A DNA stretch of 63,823 nt, counting the filler, from Chiloscyllium plagiosum (lineage: Eukaryota): assembly GCF_004010195.1 (NCBI RefSeq). It is 5 parts of one record of this genome, joined end to end, with 100 filler letters (N's around TTAATTAATTAA, not from the genome) between each part and the next. Parts side by side here need not be neighbours in the genome. Positions count along the whole stretch, not along the records: positions 30,237 to 50,692 come from NC_057717.1; 4 more parts are not named here. The stretch is one strand, 5' to 3'. Shown here in pieces: positions 37,970-50,792 of this stretch. Position numbers and translations under genes: made by a program. The first letter of the stretch is position 1; each line of letters starts with the position of its first letter. A model generated the notes under the pieces. It was not told where the DNA came from. It ran no database searches and saw only the letters and a program-made list of their open reading frames with translations.

Positions 37970-38100
37970 GAGAAACTGAGGACTGCAGTTGATGGAGATC
38001 AGAGTCGAAAAGAGTGGTGCTGGAAAAGCACAGCAGATCAGGTAGCATCCAAGGAGCAGGAGAGTCGACGGTTCGAGCATGAGCTCTTTATCAGGAATGG
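37970..38100 (-). mobile_element. Solo PLE terminal repeat (family 1), decayed hammerhead
   Basis: Minus strand: ctgataaagagctcatgctcgaaccgtc... Confidence 0.75.
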
Positions 38101-38149
38101 ATTGGTGCATTCCTTTTTCTTTGATTCCGTGATTCGCAGGATATTGGGA

Positions 38150-39770
38150 ACCATACTTGCTCAGGACGGCAGCACTGTATATAGCACTGAAATGGAAAGC
38201 ATTCAATCAGTTGGTTGGACAGGGTGTAGACAAGTTGAGGGGAAGTACAGACTGATTGAAGTACAAACATAAGGATAGATAAATCCCCTCGGTCAGACGG
38301 GGTATATCCGAGGTTACTCCAGGAAGTGATGGAAGAAATTAGCGTACCTTTGCATCCTCGCTGTCCACTGGAGTAGTGCCAGATGATTGGAGAGTGGCAA
38401 ATGTTATTCCCTTGTTCAGAAAAGGGAATAGGGATAACCCTGGGAATGATAGAACAGTCAGTCTTACATCAGTGGTGGGCAAAGTATTGGAGACAATTCT
38501 GAGTGACAGAATTTACAATTATTTAGAATACGATAGTTTCATTAGAGACAGTCAGCATGGCTTTTTGAGGAGCAGGTCATGCCTCATAAACCTTATTGAA
38601 TTCTTTGACGATGTGAAAAAAAACACGTTGATGAAGATAGACCAGTAGATGTGGTGAACAAGAATTTTAGAACGGCATTTTATAAGGTTCCCCATTGTAG
38701 GCTCATTCGGAATGTAAGGAGGCAGGGGACGCAGGTAAATGTCTGGATATGGATTTGGCTTTCCCATAGAAGACAGAGGATGGTAGCAGATGGAAAGTAT
38801 TCAGCCTGGAGCTCAGTGACCAGTTGTGTTCCACAGGGATCCTCTCTGGGACCTGTGCTGTTTGTGATTTTTATAAATGACTTTGCTGAGGAAATGGAAT
38901 GGTGGGTTAGTAAGTTTGCCGATGACATGAAGATTGATGCAGTTGTGAATAGTATGGAGGGCTGCTGTAGGTTGCAACAGGACTTTGACGGGATGCAGAG
39001 CAGGGCAGATAAGTGGCAGATAGAGTTCAACCTTGAAAAGTGTGAAGTGATTTATTTTGGAAGATTGCATTTGCATACAGAATATCGGGTTAACGGCGAA
39101 TTCTTGGCAATGTGGAGGATCAGAGGTATCTTGGGGTCCATGTCCATAGATCTCACAAAGGTGCCACCCAAGTTGATAGGGTTGTTAAGAAGGTGATGGT
39201 GTGTTGGCTTTCATTATCAGGGGGATTGAGATTAAGAGCGGCGAGGTCAATGCTTAGCTCTATAAAGCTGTGGTTCAAACACACTTGGAATACTGTGTTC
39301 AGTTCTCGTTGCCTCGTTATAGGAAACATGTGGAAGCTTCAGAGAGTGTGCCGAGTAGATTTACCAGGATGCTGCGAGGACTGGAGGATATGTCTTAGGA
39401 AGAAAATTTGAGGGAGGTATGACTTTTCTCCCTGGTACCAAGAAGAATGACGGCTGACTTGATAGAAGTGTACAAGATGTTGAGAGACAAAGATTGGATA
39501 GCCAGAGTCTTTTCAACATGGGGCATAATTTTAAGATGATTGGCATAAGGTTTCGGGGGAATGTCAGAGAGTGGTGGGAGCGGAGTGCACTGCTAGTGAT
39601 GGTAATAGAGTAGGATATATTAGGGATAATTAAGAAAAACTCTTGGATAGGCACATGGAAGTTAGTACATTGTAGGTTATTTAGGTTAGTCTGATCTTAG
39701 AGTAGGATAAAAGGCCGACGAAAAAAATTTGAGGGCTGAAGGGCTCTTACTGTGCTGTACTGTTCTATAT
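38150..39770 (+). mobile_element. CR1/HER1-type LINE, RT to 3' tail, inactivated
   Basis: VPDDWRVANVIPLFRKG, QHGFLRSRSCLINLIEFF, PQGSSLGPVLFVIFIND, FADDMK; tail gggctgaagggctcttactgtgctg. Confidence 0.95.
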
Positions 39771-40489
39771 TCCGAGTTTCTCTCAGTTTGTGGATTTTCG
39801 TCAGTTGGTGAATGTGTGAGGGAGTGACCTGTGTGAGGTCAGGAAGCAGGGAAGGAATGTTAGACCAAGACATCCAGTTTTGGTATGCAAGGCTACATTC
39901 ACAAGAGTTCCAGCACAATATGTGCGCTTACCACGACCAGACAAAATCCACCAAGTTCAGTTATTAAACTGATTTTTGACTTGCCGTTAGCTCCTGGTTT
40001 ATTCAGATACATTCTGTTGGGTGACCCATCTATTAATATCTGACCATCCACAGACATGTACAAATTTAATTTGATACTGGTGAATGTGAAGGTGCATTTA
40101 TTGGATATAATTTCAGAGGATTCACTGTAAGACACAAGATCCTGCAGAAGACTGTCAATTGTGAATATCTTCACCCAGTGTCTGGTCCAGGGAGCAGATA
40201 TATGGCGTATGGGGGACATGCCAGGTGTCAGCACCACAAGTAACACCAAGTGATTCTAACACTCCATGTCCATACAACTGCTCTCTGGGTCTGGTACTGA
40301 CTGGGGATGAATTTGTAAGACCTAGTTACTGCTCAATCATTTTGGTATCTAATTTAGACAGTATTTGTAACTACACTGAGAACAGTGATAGCCTGTTGGC
40401 TACTTTCCTCCTGTCCATGGTGGAATCGAAATGATTTACTTTGAAGGAATGTTTGAATGATTGCCCTGTCCCAGGTTGAGAGAATCCAA

Positions 40490-42602
40490 AAGGATTTTAC
40501 AAAGACATTAAGGAAAATAGACTAAATAGGGAGAGAATAGGGTCCCCTCAAAGATCAGCAAGGAGGCCTTTGTGTGCAGCCACAGGAGATAGGGGACATA
40601 ATAAATGAGCATTTTGCATCAATGTTTACTGTGGAAAATGACATGGAAGATATAGAATGTCGGGAAATAAATGGTGAAATCTTCAAAATGTTTATATTAC
40701 AGAGGAGGTTGTGCTGGATGTCTTGAAACGCATAAAGTTGCATAAATCCCCAGGACCTGATCAGGCGTACCCGAGACCTCTGTGGGAAGACAGGGAAATG
40801 ATTGCTGGGCCTGTTACTGAGATATTTGTATCATTGATAGTCACAGGTGAGGTGCCAGAGGACTGGAGGTTGGTGAATGTGGTGCTACTGATTAAGAAGG
40901 GCAGTAAGAACAAGACAGGGAACTATAGACCAGTGAGCCTGACAGCGTTGGTGGCAAGTTCTTGGAGGTAACCCTGAGGGACAGGATGTAGATGTATTTG
41001 GAAAGGCAAGGACTGATTAGGGATAGTCACCATTGCTTTGTGAGTGGAAAATCATGTCTCACAAATTTGATTGAGATTTTTGCAGAAGTAACAAAGAGGA
41101 TTGATGAGGGCAGAGCGGTGGACGTGTTTTGTTTCAACTTCAGTAAGACGTTCGACAAGGTTCCCCTTTGGGAGACTGGTTAGCCAGCTTAGACGTCATG
41201 GTATACAGGAAGAACTAGCCATTTGGATACAGAACTGACTCAAAGGTGGAAGTCAGAGGGTGGTGGTGGAGGGTTATTTTTAAGACTGGAGGCCTGTGAC
41301 CAGTGGAGTGTCATAAGGATCAGTGCTGAATTCACTACTTTTAGTTATTTATATAAATGATTTGGATGTGAGCGTAAGAGGTACAGTTTGTAAGTTTGTA
41401 GATGACACCAAAATTGAAGGTGTAGTGGACAGCGAAGAAGGTAACCTCGGTTTGCAACAGGATCTTGATCCGATGGGCCAATGGGCTTCAGAGTGGCAGA
41501 TGGAGCTTAATTTACATAAATGCGAGGTGCTGCGTTTTGGGAAAGCAAGTCTTAGCAGGAGTTATACTCTTAATGGCGAGATCCTAGGGAGTATTGCTAA
41601 ACAAAGAGACATTGGAGTGCAGTTTCATTGTTCCTTGAAAGTAGAGTCGCAGATCGGTAAGATAGTGAAGTAGACGATTGATATGCTTTCCTTTATTGGT
41701 TAGAGTCATGAGTACGGGAGTTGGAAGGTCATGTTATGGCTCTAGAGGAAGTTAGTTCGGCCACTTTTGGAATATTGCNNNNNNNNNNNNNNNNNNNNNN
41801 NNNNNNNNNNNNNNNNNNNNNNNNNNNNNNNNNNNNNNNNNNNNNNNNNNNNNNNNNNNNNNNNNNNNNNNNNNNNNNNNNNNNNNNNNNNNNNNNNNNN
41901 NNNNNNNNNNNNNNNNNNNNNNNNNNNNNNNNNNNNNNNNNNNNNNNNNNNNNNNNNNNNNNNNNNNNNNNNNNNNNNNNNNNNNNNNNNNNNNNNNNNN
42001 NNNNNNNNNNNNNNNNNNNNNNNNNNNNNNNNNNNNNNNNNNNNNNNNNNNNNNNNNNNNNNNNNNNNNNNNNNNNNNNNNNNNNNNNNNNNNNNNNNNN
42101 NNNNNNNNNNNNNNNNNNNNNNNNNNNNNNNNNNNNNNNNNNNNNNNNNNNNNNNNNNNNNNNNNNNNNNNNNNNNNNNNNNNNNNNNNNNNNNNNNNNN
42201 NNNNNNNNNNNNNNNNNNNNNNNNNNNNNNNNNNNNNNNNNNNNNNNNNNNNNNNNNNNNNNNNNNNNNNNNNNNNNNGAAAGGTGTTCTCCCTGGTGTG
42301 GGGGCGTCCATAAGTAGAGGCATATGTCTAGGGTGAGAGGGGAAATATATAAAAGAGACCTAAGGGGCACCTTTTTCAGGCAGAGAGTGGCATGTGTATG
42401 GAATGAGCTGCCAGAGCAAGTGGTGGAGGCTGGTACACTGGCAACATTTAAAAGGCATCTGGATGGGTATATGATAGGAATGGTTTGGAGGGATATGGCC
42501 CGGGTCCGGGCAAGTGGGACTAGTTTGAGTTGCGATATCTGGTAGGCATGGACGGGTTGGACCAAAGGGTCTCTTTCCATGCTGTACGTCTGTATGACTC
42601 TA
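40490..42602 (+). mobile_element. CR1/HER1-type LINE, RT to 3' tail, inactivated; contains a gap
   Basis: KSPGPD, VPEDWR, SCLTNLIE, YINDLD, FVDDTKI, WNELPEQVVEAG; tail ...ccatgctgtacgtctgtatgactcta. Confidence 0.95.
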
Positions 42603-42709
42603 ATTTAGAAATGAAATAATTTGACATGCAGTGTCAAATAAATAAATGCTTTATGTTATTAAATTGTAGCATACAGTGAGTTTAAAAATTGCAATTTTTA
42701 GAATGAATA

Positions 42710-45620
42710 ATAAAGAACGAAGAACAAAGAAAATTCCAGCACAGGAGCAGGCCCTTAGACCCTCCAAGTCTGAACCGATCCAGATCCTCTATCTAAACCT
42801 GCCGCCAATTTTCTAAGGATCTGCATCCCTCTGCTACCTGCCCATTCATGTATCTGTCTAGATATATCTTAAATGATGCTCCCACAAAATACTCAAAATA
42901 TGCTCCGATCAGAGCCTTGTAAAGACTCAGAAATCTGTCTCTGCTTTAATATTGAAGGCCTCTCAATATAAATACCATCATTGTGTTTGTCTTTCTGACC
43001 GGATAGGCTACCTGAAACAATGAACGTATGATGGACATTGGTAAACTTATCATGGAGTTACAAAAATGAACAGTGATTAAAGCATGCTAGCAAATGGATT
43101 CCAGCCTTGTCTAAACTCTCGGTGCTAATCCACATGCTGCAGAATCCAAACAGGCTGCAGCTCCCTACAGACGGTTTGCAAAAAAACCTGACAGCTACAG
43201 CTAAAGACCCTGCAATACCCTCCTGAAGATGGCCTTTAATGGGACATTGGAATGTCTCCCTTGGGCCATCAATATGCCAACCCCTGGTTGAGTCTGCTTG
43301 ATCAGGGTATATGAACCTGATCATTCCATTGGCAGATCCTCCAGACCCTCCCAAGAGCTTGGAGACTTGGAAGGATAAGAATCACCTCAAAACCCCACAG
43401 AGTGCGGTAACTGGAGAATAACCACTGAGAAAGAAGACAACTCCAAGACCATTGGAAGAATAAGAAGGCATCACCACGTGGAGCCCGGACAAGTTCTAGT
43501 GTGGTGGTATGCGATCAGCTAAAATTAAGTAAAAGCATTAGACAGTTTGCAGTATTTTTCATTACTTTATAGTAAATCGTATGGTACTAACATTGACTGT
43601 GCTCAATAAACAAATATTATTGTTTGTAAGAGTTGCCTCACAGTTCTTTTGCTGAATAGAAGACTTTAAACTCACTGTGCAGCAGATACAACACATTCCT
43701 AGCAATTCACGCAACGTGCAAGTTTACCTTGAGACATTCCTGTGCAAGAACTCGCAACTCTGTTTGCACTTCAGACTTCTGAATTTTATTTTCATTTATG
43801 AAATTGTCCATGCCTCACTTCCTCCTCACAAAGTGCATCACCTCACGCTTTCCTAAGATGTACTCCATCTGCCACTTGTTTTCCCACTCTCCTATTCTAT
43901 CTAAATTCTTCTGCAACCTCTCTGCCTCCTCAATGCTACCTGTTCCTCTACCTACCTTTGTGTCATCTAAAAGCCTACCCAGAATGCCCTCAGTTCCTTA
44001 ATATAGATCGTTAATGTACAAAGTAAAAGTTTGTGGCCCCAACATTGAGCCTTGTGGAACACCAGTTGTCATTGGCTGCTATCCTGAGAAGGACCCTTTT
44101 ATCCCCACTCTCTACTTCCTGCCAGACAGCCAAGCTTCTGCACACACTAGTACCTTGCCTCTAACAAAATGGGACCTTGTTGTACTCAGCAGCGTCCTGT
44201 GTAGCACCTTGTCAAAGTCCTCCTTGAAGTCCAGGTGGATAACATCCACTGGCTTTCCTTTGTCTCACTTGCCTGTTACATCTTCAAATAACTCTTACAG
44301 AAATATGAGGCATGACGTCCCCTTGATGAAACCATCCCGACTTCACCCAATTTTGCAATTCACTTGCAAGTATTCAGAAATTTCATCCATCACAATGGAT
44401 TCCAGGATCTTACACAGACTGAGGTTGTGCTAATCGGTCTGTCACTTTCTGCATTTTGCCTTATTCCCTTTTTAAAGAGTGTCACGTTATCAACTTTCTA
44501 GCCTTCTGAGCCTCTCCCTGATTCTAGAAATTCATGAAAGATCGCCACAAATGTCTCCATTATTTCTTCAGCTATCTCCCTTGGCATTCTGCAATTTCGT
44601 CCATCTGGTCCAGTTTATTTACCCATTTAGTTTTACGAGCAACTTTTCCTAATAAGCTCTGCTCCCATGCTATCTTGAATTTGTGGGATACTATTCGTGA
44701 CTTTCACTGTGAAAACTGACATGAAATAATTGTTCAGTTTCTCAGCCATTATTTGTTCCCCATTACTATATTTCCGCGTCCCAATGTCCATTTCTGCCTC
44801 TCCGCTGCCCTTTATATATTTCTAAAAAAACTCTTACAGTCTTCTTTTATATTACTGGCTAGCTTACCCTCATATTTAATCTTCTTCCTCCTATTTCTTA
44901 TTTTGTTGCCCTGTATTGGTATTTGTAAGCTTCCAAATCCCCTGGTTTCCCACTGCCATTTGCCATGTTATCTGATTTCTCTTTTGCTTTTACGCTAATC
45001 TTGATTTCCCCTGTCATCCATTGTTGCCTCATCCTCCCTATACCATGCTTCTTTTAGCTTGGGATGACTTTCTGCTGTGTCTCCTGACTTACTCCCAGAA
45101 ACTCTCCCCATTACTGTTCCACTGTCTTTCCTGCTAGCCTACTCTCCCAGTCAATTCAACCCAGTTCCTCTCTCATGCCTTTGTAATTGTTTTTATTCAG
45201 TGGTAGTATTGTGAACTCTGATTGTATCTTCACCCTAAAAATTGAATAGTAGGTTCAATGATATTATGCTCACTGCATCATAAAGTTTTCTTTACCTTAA
45301 GCTCACTTATCAAGTCTGCCTCATTGCGCAACTCTAAATCCGGTATTGCCCGTTCCCTCGTTACACCATAAGCTGCTCCAAAAAGCCACCTCATAGACAT
45401 ACCACAAAATCCATTTCTTGCAAACACTACCAACCTGATTTTCTCAGTCCACCTGCATATTGAAATCCCCCCAATCACTGTAACTTTTCTTTTCCTACAC
45501 ATCTTCTCTATCTCCTGATGTGTCATCCGCCCCAGCTCCTGACTATGATTTGTAGGCCTGTACATAACTCCAACTCTGGTTTTCACCTTTTCCGTTCCGT
45601 TGCAACCACCCGGATTCTAC
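42710..45620 (-). mobile_element. CR1 LINE, most of ORF2 (APE remnant to 3' tail), interrupted by an LTR-like insert
   Basis: KTRVGVMYRP (APE), RT remnants at 43750-44450, and 3' tail at 42710-42880. Confidence 0.9.
43015..43693 (+). mobile_element. Probable solo LTR inserted in CR1
   Basis: Non-CR1 block interrupting the CR1; TATA-like gggtatatgaa at ~43305, AATAAA at ~43605, ends ...caaca; TSD not resolved. Confidence 0.45.
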
Positions 45621-45808
45621 ACCATCTGTCCCTACATTGAGTTTTGGGAACTGAGTGATGGGAATCTAAAACATTTTAGGATTGTCACAAGTTCATAGTT
45701 TAGACATTGATTGAAAATATTACATTGTCAATTCCATTGGCCACAATCCATTTATTTGGCCAAATATTCTGTCTGTATTAGGGACGAATGCAGACATTTG
45801 AAACTGTT

Positions 45809-46991
45809 GTGGTTCTGTTCGCCGAGCTGGAAGTTTTTGTTGCAAACGTTTCGTCCCCTGGCTAGGCGACATCATCAGTGCTTGGGAGCCTCCTGCGAAG
45901 CGCTTCTTTGATGTTTCCTCCGGTGTTTATAGTGGTCTGTCCCTGCCGCTTCCGGTTGTCAGTTTCAGCTGTCCGCTGTTGTGGTTGGTATATTGGGTCC
46001 AGGTCGATGTGTTTGTTGATTGAGTTTGTGGATGAATGCCATGCCTCTAGGAATTCCCTGGCTGTTCTCTGTCTGGCTTGCCCTATGATAGTAGTGTTGT
46101 CCCAGTCGAATTCATGTTGCTTGTTGCGGACGAAACGTTTGCAACAAAAACTTCAAGCTCGGCGAACAGAACCACAACAGAAAACTCCAAGCCCCAGAGG
46201 AAAGTCATTTAATCAATTAACCGAATAATCAATTATCCGAACAAAATGGTGCCCGCCCATCCTGTTCAGATTGGCCCTTTTGAATAGTGTCCTGATGCAG
46301 CTTCGTTTGTGTGTGTTGGGGTGGTTACTTTTATAGTTTAGGACTTGGTCTGTGTGTGTGGCTTTCCTGTATACCCTTGTAGTGAATTCTCCGTTCGGTG
46401 TTCTCTGTACCATCACGTCTAGGAATGGGAGTTGGCTATCCTTTTCTTCTTCTCTCGTGAATCGGATTCCTGTGAGTGTGGCGTTGATGATCCGGTTTGT
46501 TTTTTCTATTTCCGTGTTTTTAATGATTATCCAAGAATTCCTGTGTTGATCGTATAGAGTGTTTGGATCCGCTGACCAGGTGTTTCAGTTTCTGTTGTAG
46601 TTCTTTTGCCAGTTTGTATGATGGTGTCCCTGGTAGTGATACTATGAATCTGAGTGGAATGTCTGGTTTGTGTACTTTAGGTAATCCATAGAATCTGGGG
46701 GTGTTGTTGCATTCCGGTTTCATTCTTTGTAGGTCAGCTCTGGTTATCTGTCCGTTTTTTGTAGATGACTAAGAGAAAGACCACGGAACAAGGACATACC
46801 ACAACCAAAAGGACTAGCCACACTACCATACATCAGGAGCATCTCAGATTTGACATCCAGACTACTGCGACCCCTAGGACTCATAACGGCACACAAACCA
46901 ACAGCCACGCTCAGACAACAACTCACCAGAACGAAGGACCCGATACCAGAACAACGAGCACCCGAGCCACAAATCTTCACACAAACTTTGA
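45809..46991. mobile_element. Rearranged Penelope-like element (family 2) with 15-bp TSD
   Basis: RT pieces PRFYGLPKVHKP and RVYRKATHTDQVLNYKSNHP (-), linker piece (+), inverted pLTR pieces; acatttgaaactgtt at 45794-45808 and 46992-47006. Confidence 0.9.
45842..45881 (-). ncRNA. Intact minimal hammerhead ribozyme motif (PLE family 2)
   Basis: Exact reverse complement of the 30252-30291 motif. Confidence 0.75.
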
Positions 46992-49419
46992 ACATTTGAA
47001 ACTGTTCGGACAGCAAGGTATGAAGAGGACATGAGTGTATAAATAGATTAAGGTGGGTCAAGTGAACAGAAAAATATTGTTGTATGCAGCATTGTAAGAA
47101 AAACTGTCGGTGCGCTCAAAGATGTTGGCGGGTAGAATTGAAAGGCAGTGTATTATTTCAATGGAGAGATTGGGTTGAGTCACAGAGGAACCGGGCACTT
47201 GGATTACAATATAAAACCGTTAGCTGTTCATAAAGTTTTGAGTGAGGTAAGATAAATGTAGAAACTTGATCAAACAGAATACATTCAAAATTAGGGAAGA
47301 ATTTCCACGGTTTTGCAGGGTCGTGGCGATTCCACATTCAGAGAGTGTGGCCATAATGAAATGCAAATCAGTTCAGAGAATCAGTTCACTCAACTAACTC
47401 CTGTGAGGAACGTTTATTTCAAAAGGAAATCTTGAACTGACTGACTCTGGATCTGCTCGAATTTAGGCGAACAACATGTGACCTTGGTAACCCCAGAATA
47501 TTCCAAGTAGTCTTTTCAATTTGAACTCTGAAACAATATTTCAGCTTGTGAGAGAGATTACCAGGAGTGGATTGACAATAAAACAGAAGAATATCTAAAT
47601 AAAGAAGATGTTGGTTATTTTAACCCACTCAAAGTGTCGTGTATTTGTGAACTCTCTTCCCAGATAGCAATGAAGGATAAGACATTAAATATTCCTAAGG
47701 CAGAGGCAGGCAGATTCTTGACGAAGTGTGATGCACTAACGTTGTAATGGCAAAGGAGGAATGTGTGATTGAGGCCACAATCAGATCATCGACGATCTTA
47801 TCGTATGACGGAGCTATATGTGTGACTTTCTCCTGATGCTAGTTTCGACATTTCTGTTTTTTAGACACTGAAAAATTATGAGACGATTCTCATGAACATG
47901 CAGACTTCTTCTTTCAGGTTATTAGGCACAAGTTTCCTCATGTGACTTAGAAACAGCCCTGGAAAAAAAGCACTCGGGAAAGTTTCATGTTTTTGGAGAA
48001 AGATCAGGAGCATAGGGCAAAGTGAAAACCTCCCTTGAAACTGCTTTAGAAATCAGATTGGGTCGAATGGATGTCTGTCATAGTCCAGATTACTGTCAGT
48101 TATTCTTGGGAGGTGAGTTTCGTTAGCAAGGCCTGCATTCTGTGGCGTATGTCTAATTTCTATTCAGAATATGGTGATAAACCCCAGGGATTCTTGTGGT
48201 CCTGGGACACTAACAGGTATGTTACACAGAGAGAAACGGGGTGCTGAACCATTTAATTTTGTTTGAAAGAGCTAAAGCAATGATGATAGAGATTGAGTTA
48301 AATTCTGGATTATAAACACACTACAGAAGATCAATTCACGTTCTCATTTCTACGTTGAATTGGAAGCGAATTAAAAGAACAAACACTCACCGATTTGAAC
48401 ATTGTTTAAAACGTGATGTCATGTTGAAGTAATGCATTAAGGAAGACCATGCATCAATTTTCTTTTGAATATTGTGAGGACATTGTTCAAACAAACAGTG
48501 TTCTTGTATTTTGCTCCTTATTCTTTCACCTGATCTTTCAATATAATTTGAGGTGAGGTCAGAGTGATTGCCCTTTCAGTTGAAGCAGGACTGGGCTGCG
48601 GGTGGAATCAAGAACACTGAGCAAAACTGTGATTAATGGGAATTAGAGAACATTTTGCACAGGGAATGGGAACAATGAGAAATGCAGTTCTTCAAGGTAT
48701 CTTCCAAGTTGCATGTCATCCTGACAAGGGAATAATTTGTTGTTCCTTCACAGGTATATTTAAAAATCTTGGAATGCTCCTACAAACAGCTCTGTGTGGA
48801 TCTGCATCACTTTGGATTGAAGAGATAAAACAGGGCAACTCTGTGTCGCTTAGTTCAGAGCCATTGGGGATGACAAATAAACTCTGCCCTTCATAGTACC
48901 TTCCCAAACCATGGATGAATATGTCCTGTGACATCAGGAGCATGATAAAATATTGATAACAATTAGGATCAGTACTTCAATCAGTTACTTTCAGAGGATT
49001 GATTGTATGATGTCATGACCACCGAGTTCAACATTTTCAAAATGCATTATGATAGTGGCAAAAAATTGTAAGTATTTAGGGTGCTGTCACGTACAGAGTT
49101 TTTAATTTTTCATTCAAAAACCAGAACCAAATACTTGAGAGTCAATAGAAATGGCAGCTTCACTGTCCCCTTTCAGATCAGACAAATATCCACATTCCAA
49201 AAGAGTAAATACGTTGAAAGTGCTGGAAAACCAAAACAGGTTCTGAGCAATTAACCTTTTGAGTCCAATATGAGTTTTTCAGAAGAGGATCATTACAGAC
49301 TCAATATGCTCCCTATGCTTCTACGTCCAGACCCTGAAACATCTAAGGGGGTTTTGCCACTTTTTACTGTTTGCATTTCAGGATTACATTTTTCACAGTA
49401 TTCCCGAACACAGTGACTT

Positions 49420-49935
49420 TGTTTGGCGGGAGGGGGAGGGAAGGGGGCATGATGTCGCAGCGGTTAGCACGGCTGTCTCACAGTACCAGGGATCCGGTTT
49501 GGGGGAGAGGGAGAGGGGGCATGGTGTCTCAGTGGTTAGCACGGCTGTTTTACAGTACCGGGGACATGGTATGTGGGAGGGGGAGGTGGCATGGCGTCTC
49601 AGTGCTTAGCACGGCTGTGTCACAGCACCAGGGACACGGTTTGGGGAGGAGGGGGAAAGGGGGCATGGTATATCATTGGTTAGTGCGGCTGTCTCACAGT
49701 ACTAGGCACCTGGTTTGGGAGGGAGGGGGAGGGGGCATGATGTCTCAGTAGTTAGCAGGGCTGTCTCACAGTACAAGGGGCCCGGTTTCAGGGTGATGGG
49801 GAGGGGGACATGGTGTCTCAGTGGTTAGCACGGCGGTCTTACAGTACCAGGGACCCGGTGTGGGGGTGAGGGGGACGGGGAGGGGGCCATGCTGTTTCAG
49901 TGGTTAGCTCAGCTGTCTCACAGTACCAGGGACCC
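49420..49935 (+). repeat. Second SINE-head tandem array (7 heads, G-rich spacers)
   Basis: Units catggtgtctcagtggttagcacggctgtctcacagtaccagggacccggtttgg plus G-runs; the last unit continues into a full SINE. Confidence 0.9.
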
Positions 49936-50222
49936 GGGTTCGATTTCGGGCTTGGGCGACTGTGTGGAGTTTACACATTCTCCCCATGTCTGCCTGGGTT
50001 TCCTCCGGGTGCTCTGGTTTCCTAGATGTGCAGGTGAGGTGAATTGACTATGCCAAATTGCCCTGTAGTGTTCAGGGATGTGTTGGCTAGGTGCATTAGT
50101 CAGTGGAAATGTAGAGTCATAGGGTAGGGGAACGGATCTGGTTGGGATACTCTTTGGAAGGTCAGTATGAACTTGTTGGGCCAAATGGCCTGTTTTACCA
50201 CTGTAGGGATTCTATGATTCTG
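49888..50222 (+). mobile_element. HE1/V-SINE-type SINE
   Basis: B box gggttcgattt, central domain, tail ...ccactgtagggattctatgattct. Confidence 0.85.
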
Positions 50223-50692
50223 TGCTCACATCCAACACAGGGAAAATTTGCAAACTCCACACAGACATTCACACAAGGCTAGAATCAAACTTGTGTCCCT
50301 GGTGCAGTTATGTAGCAGTTCTAACCACTGTGACACCATGCCACTCCAACATCCATGCCTCGTCTCTGGGTGGACATGAACCACCAATCTTCTAGTTAAC
50401 AGCTGAACGTGCTGACCAATCCCTACCTGAATGCATAGGTGGATTTCAGAATTTCAAGGTCGTCATGGTAAGGAAAGGTATCCTCATACTCCATTAGTAT
50501 ACCGTTGACCCCAGTGCTGGCCAGAAGGGGGAAAATCTACAAAATAGAGACATTTACTCCCAGGCTGTGTTTGTAGAATTCTTCTCTCAGTTATGCTTTC
50601 TTAGAAAGAGTTCAAATAAATACTAGATTCACTTTTGTATCCCCTACATAAACCAAAAATTCCAAGGTTTAAAGTGATTAGCAAAAGAACCA

Positions 50693-50792
50693 NNNNNNNN
50701 NNNNNNNNNNNNNNNNNNNNNNNNNNNNNNNNNNNNTTAATTAATTAANNNNNNNNNNNNNNNNNNNNNNNNNNNNNNNNNNNNNNNNNNNN
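50693..50792. other. Artificial scaffolding linker N44-TTAATTAATTAA-N44
   Basis: Same construct as the other three linkers. Confidence 0.95.

Noticed and set aside
48636..48943. Possible exon or ORF
   Set aside because: Better explained as decayed CR1 3' sequence (REHF..Q...WNA-like remnants).
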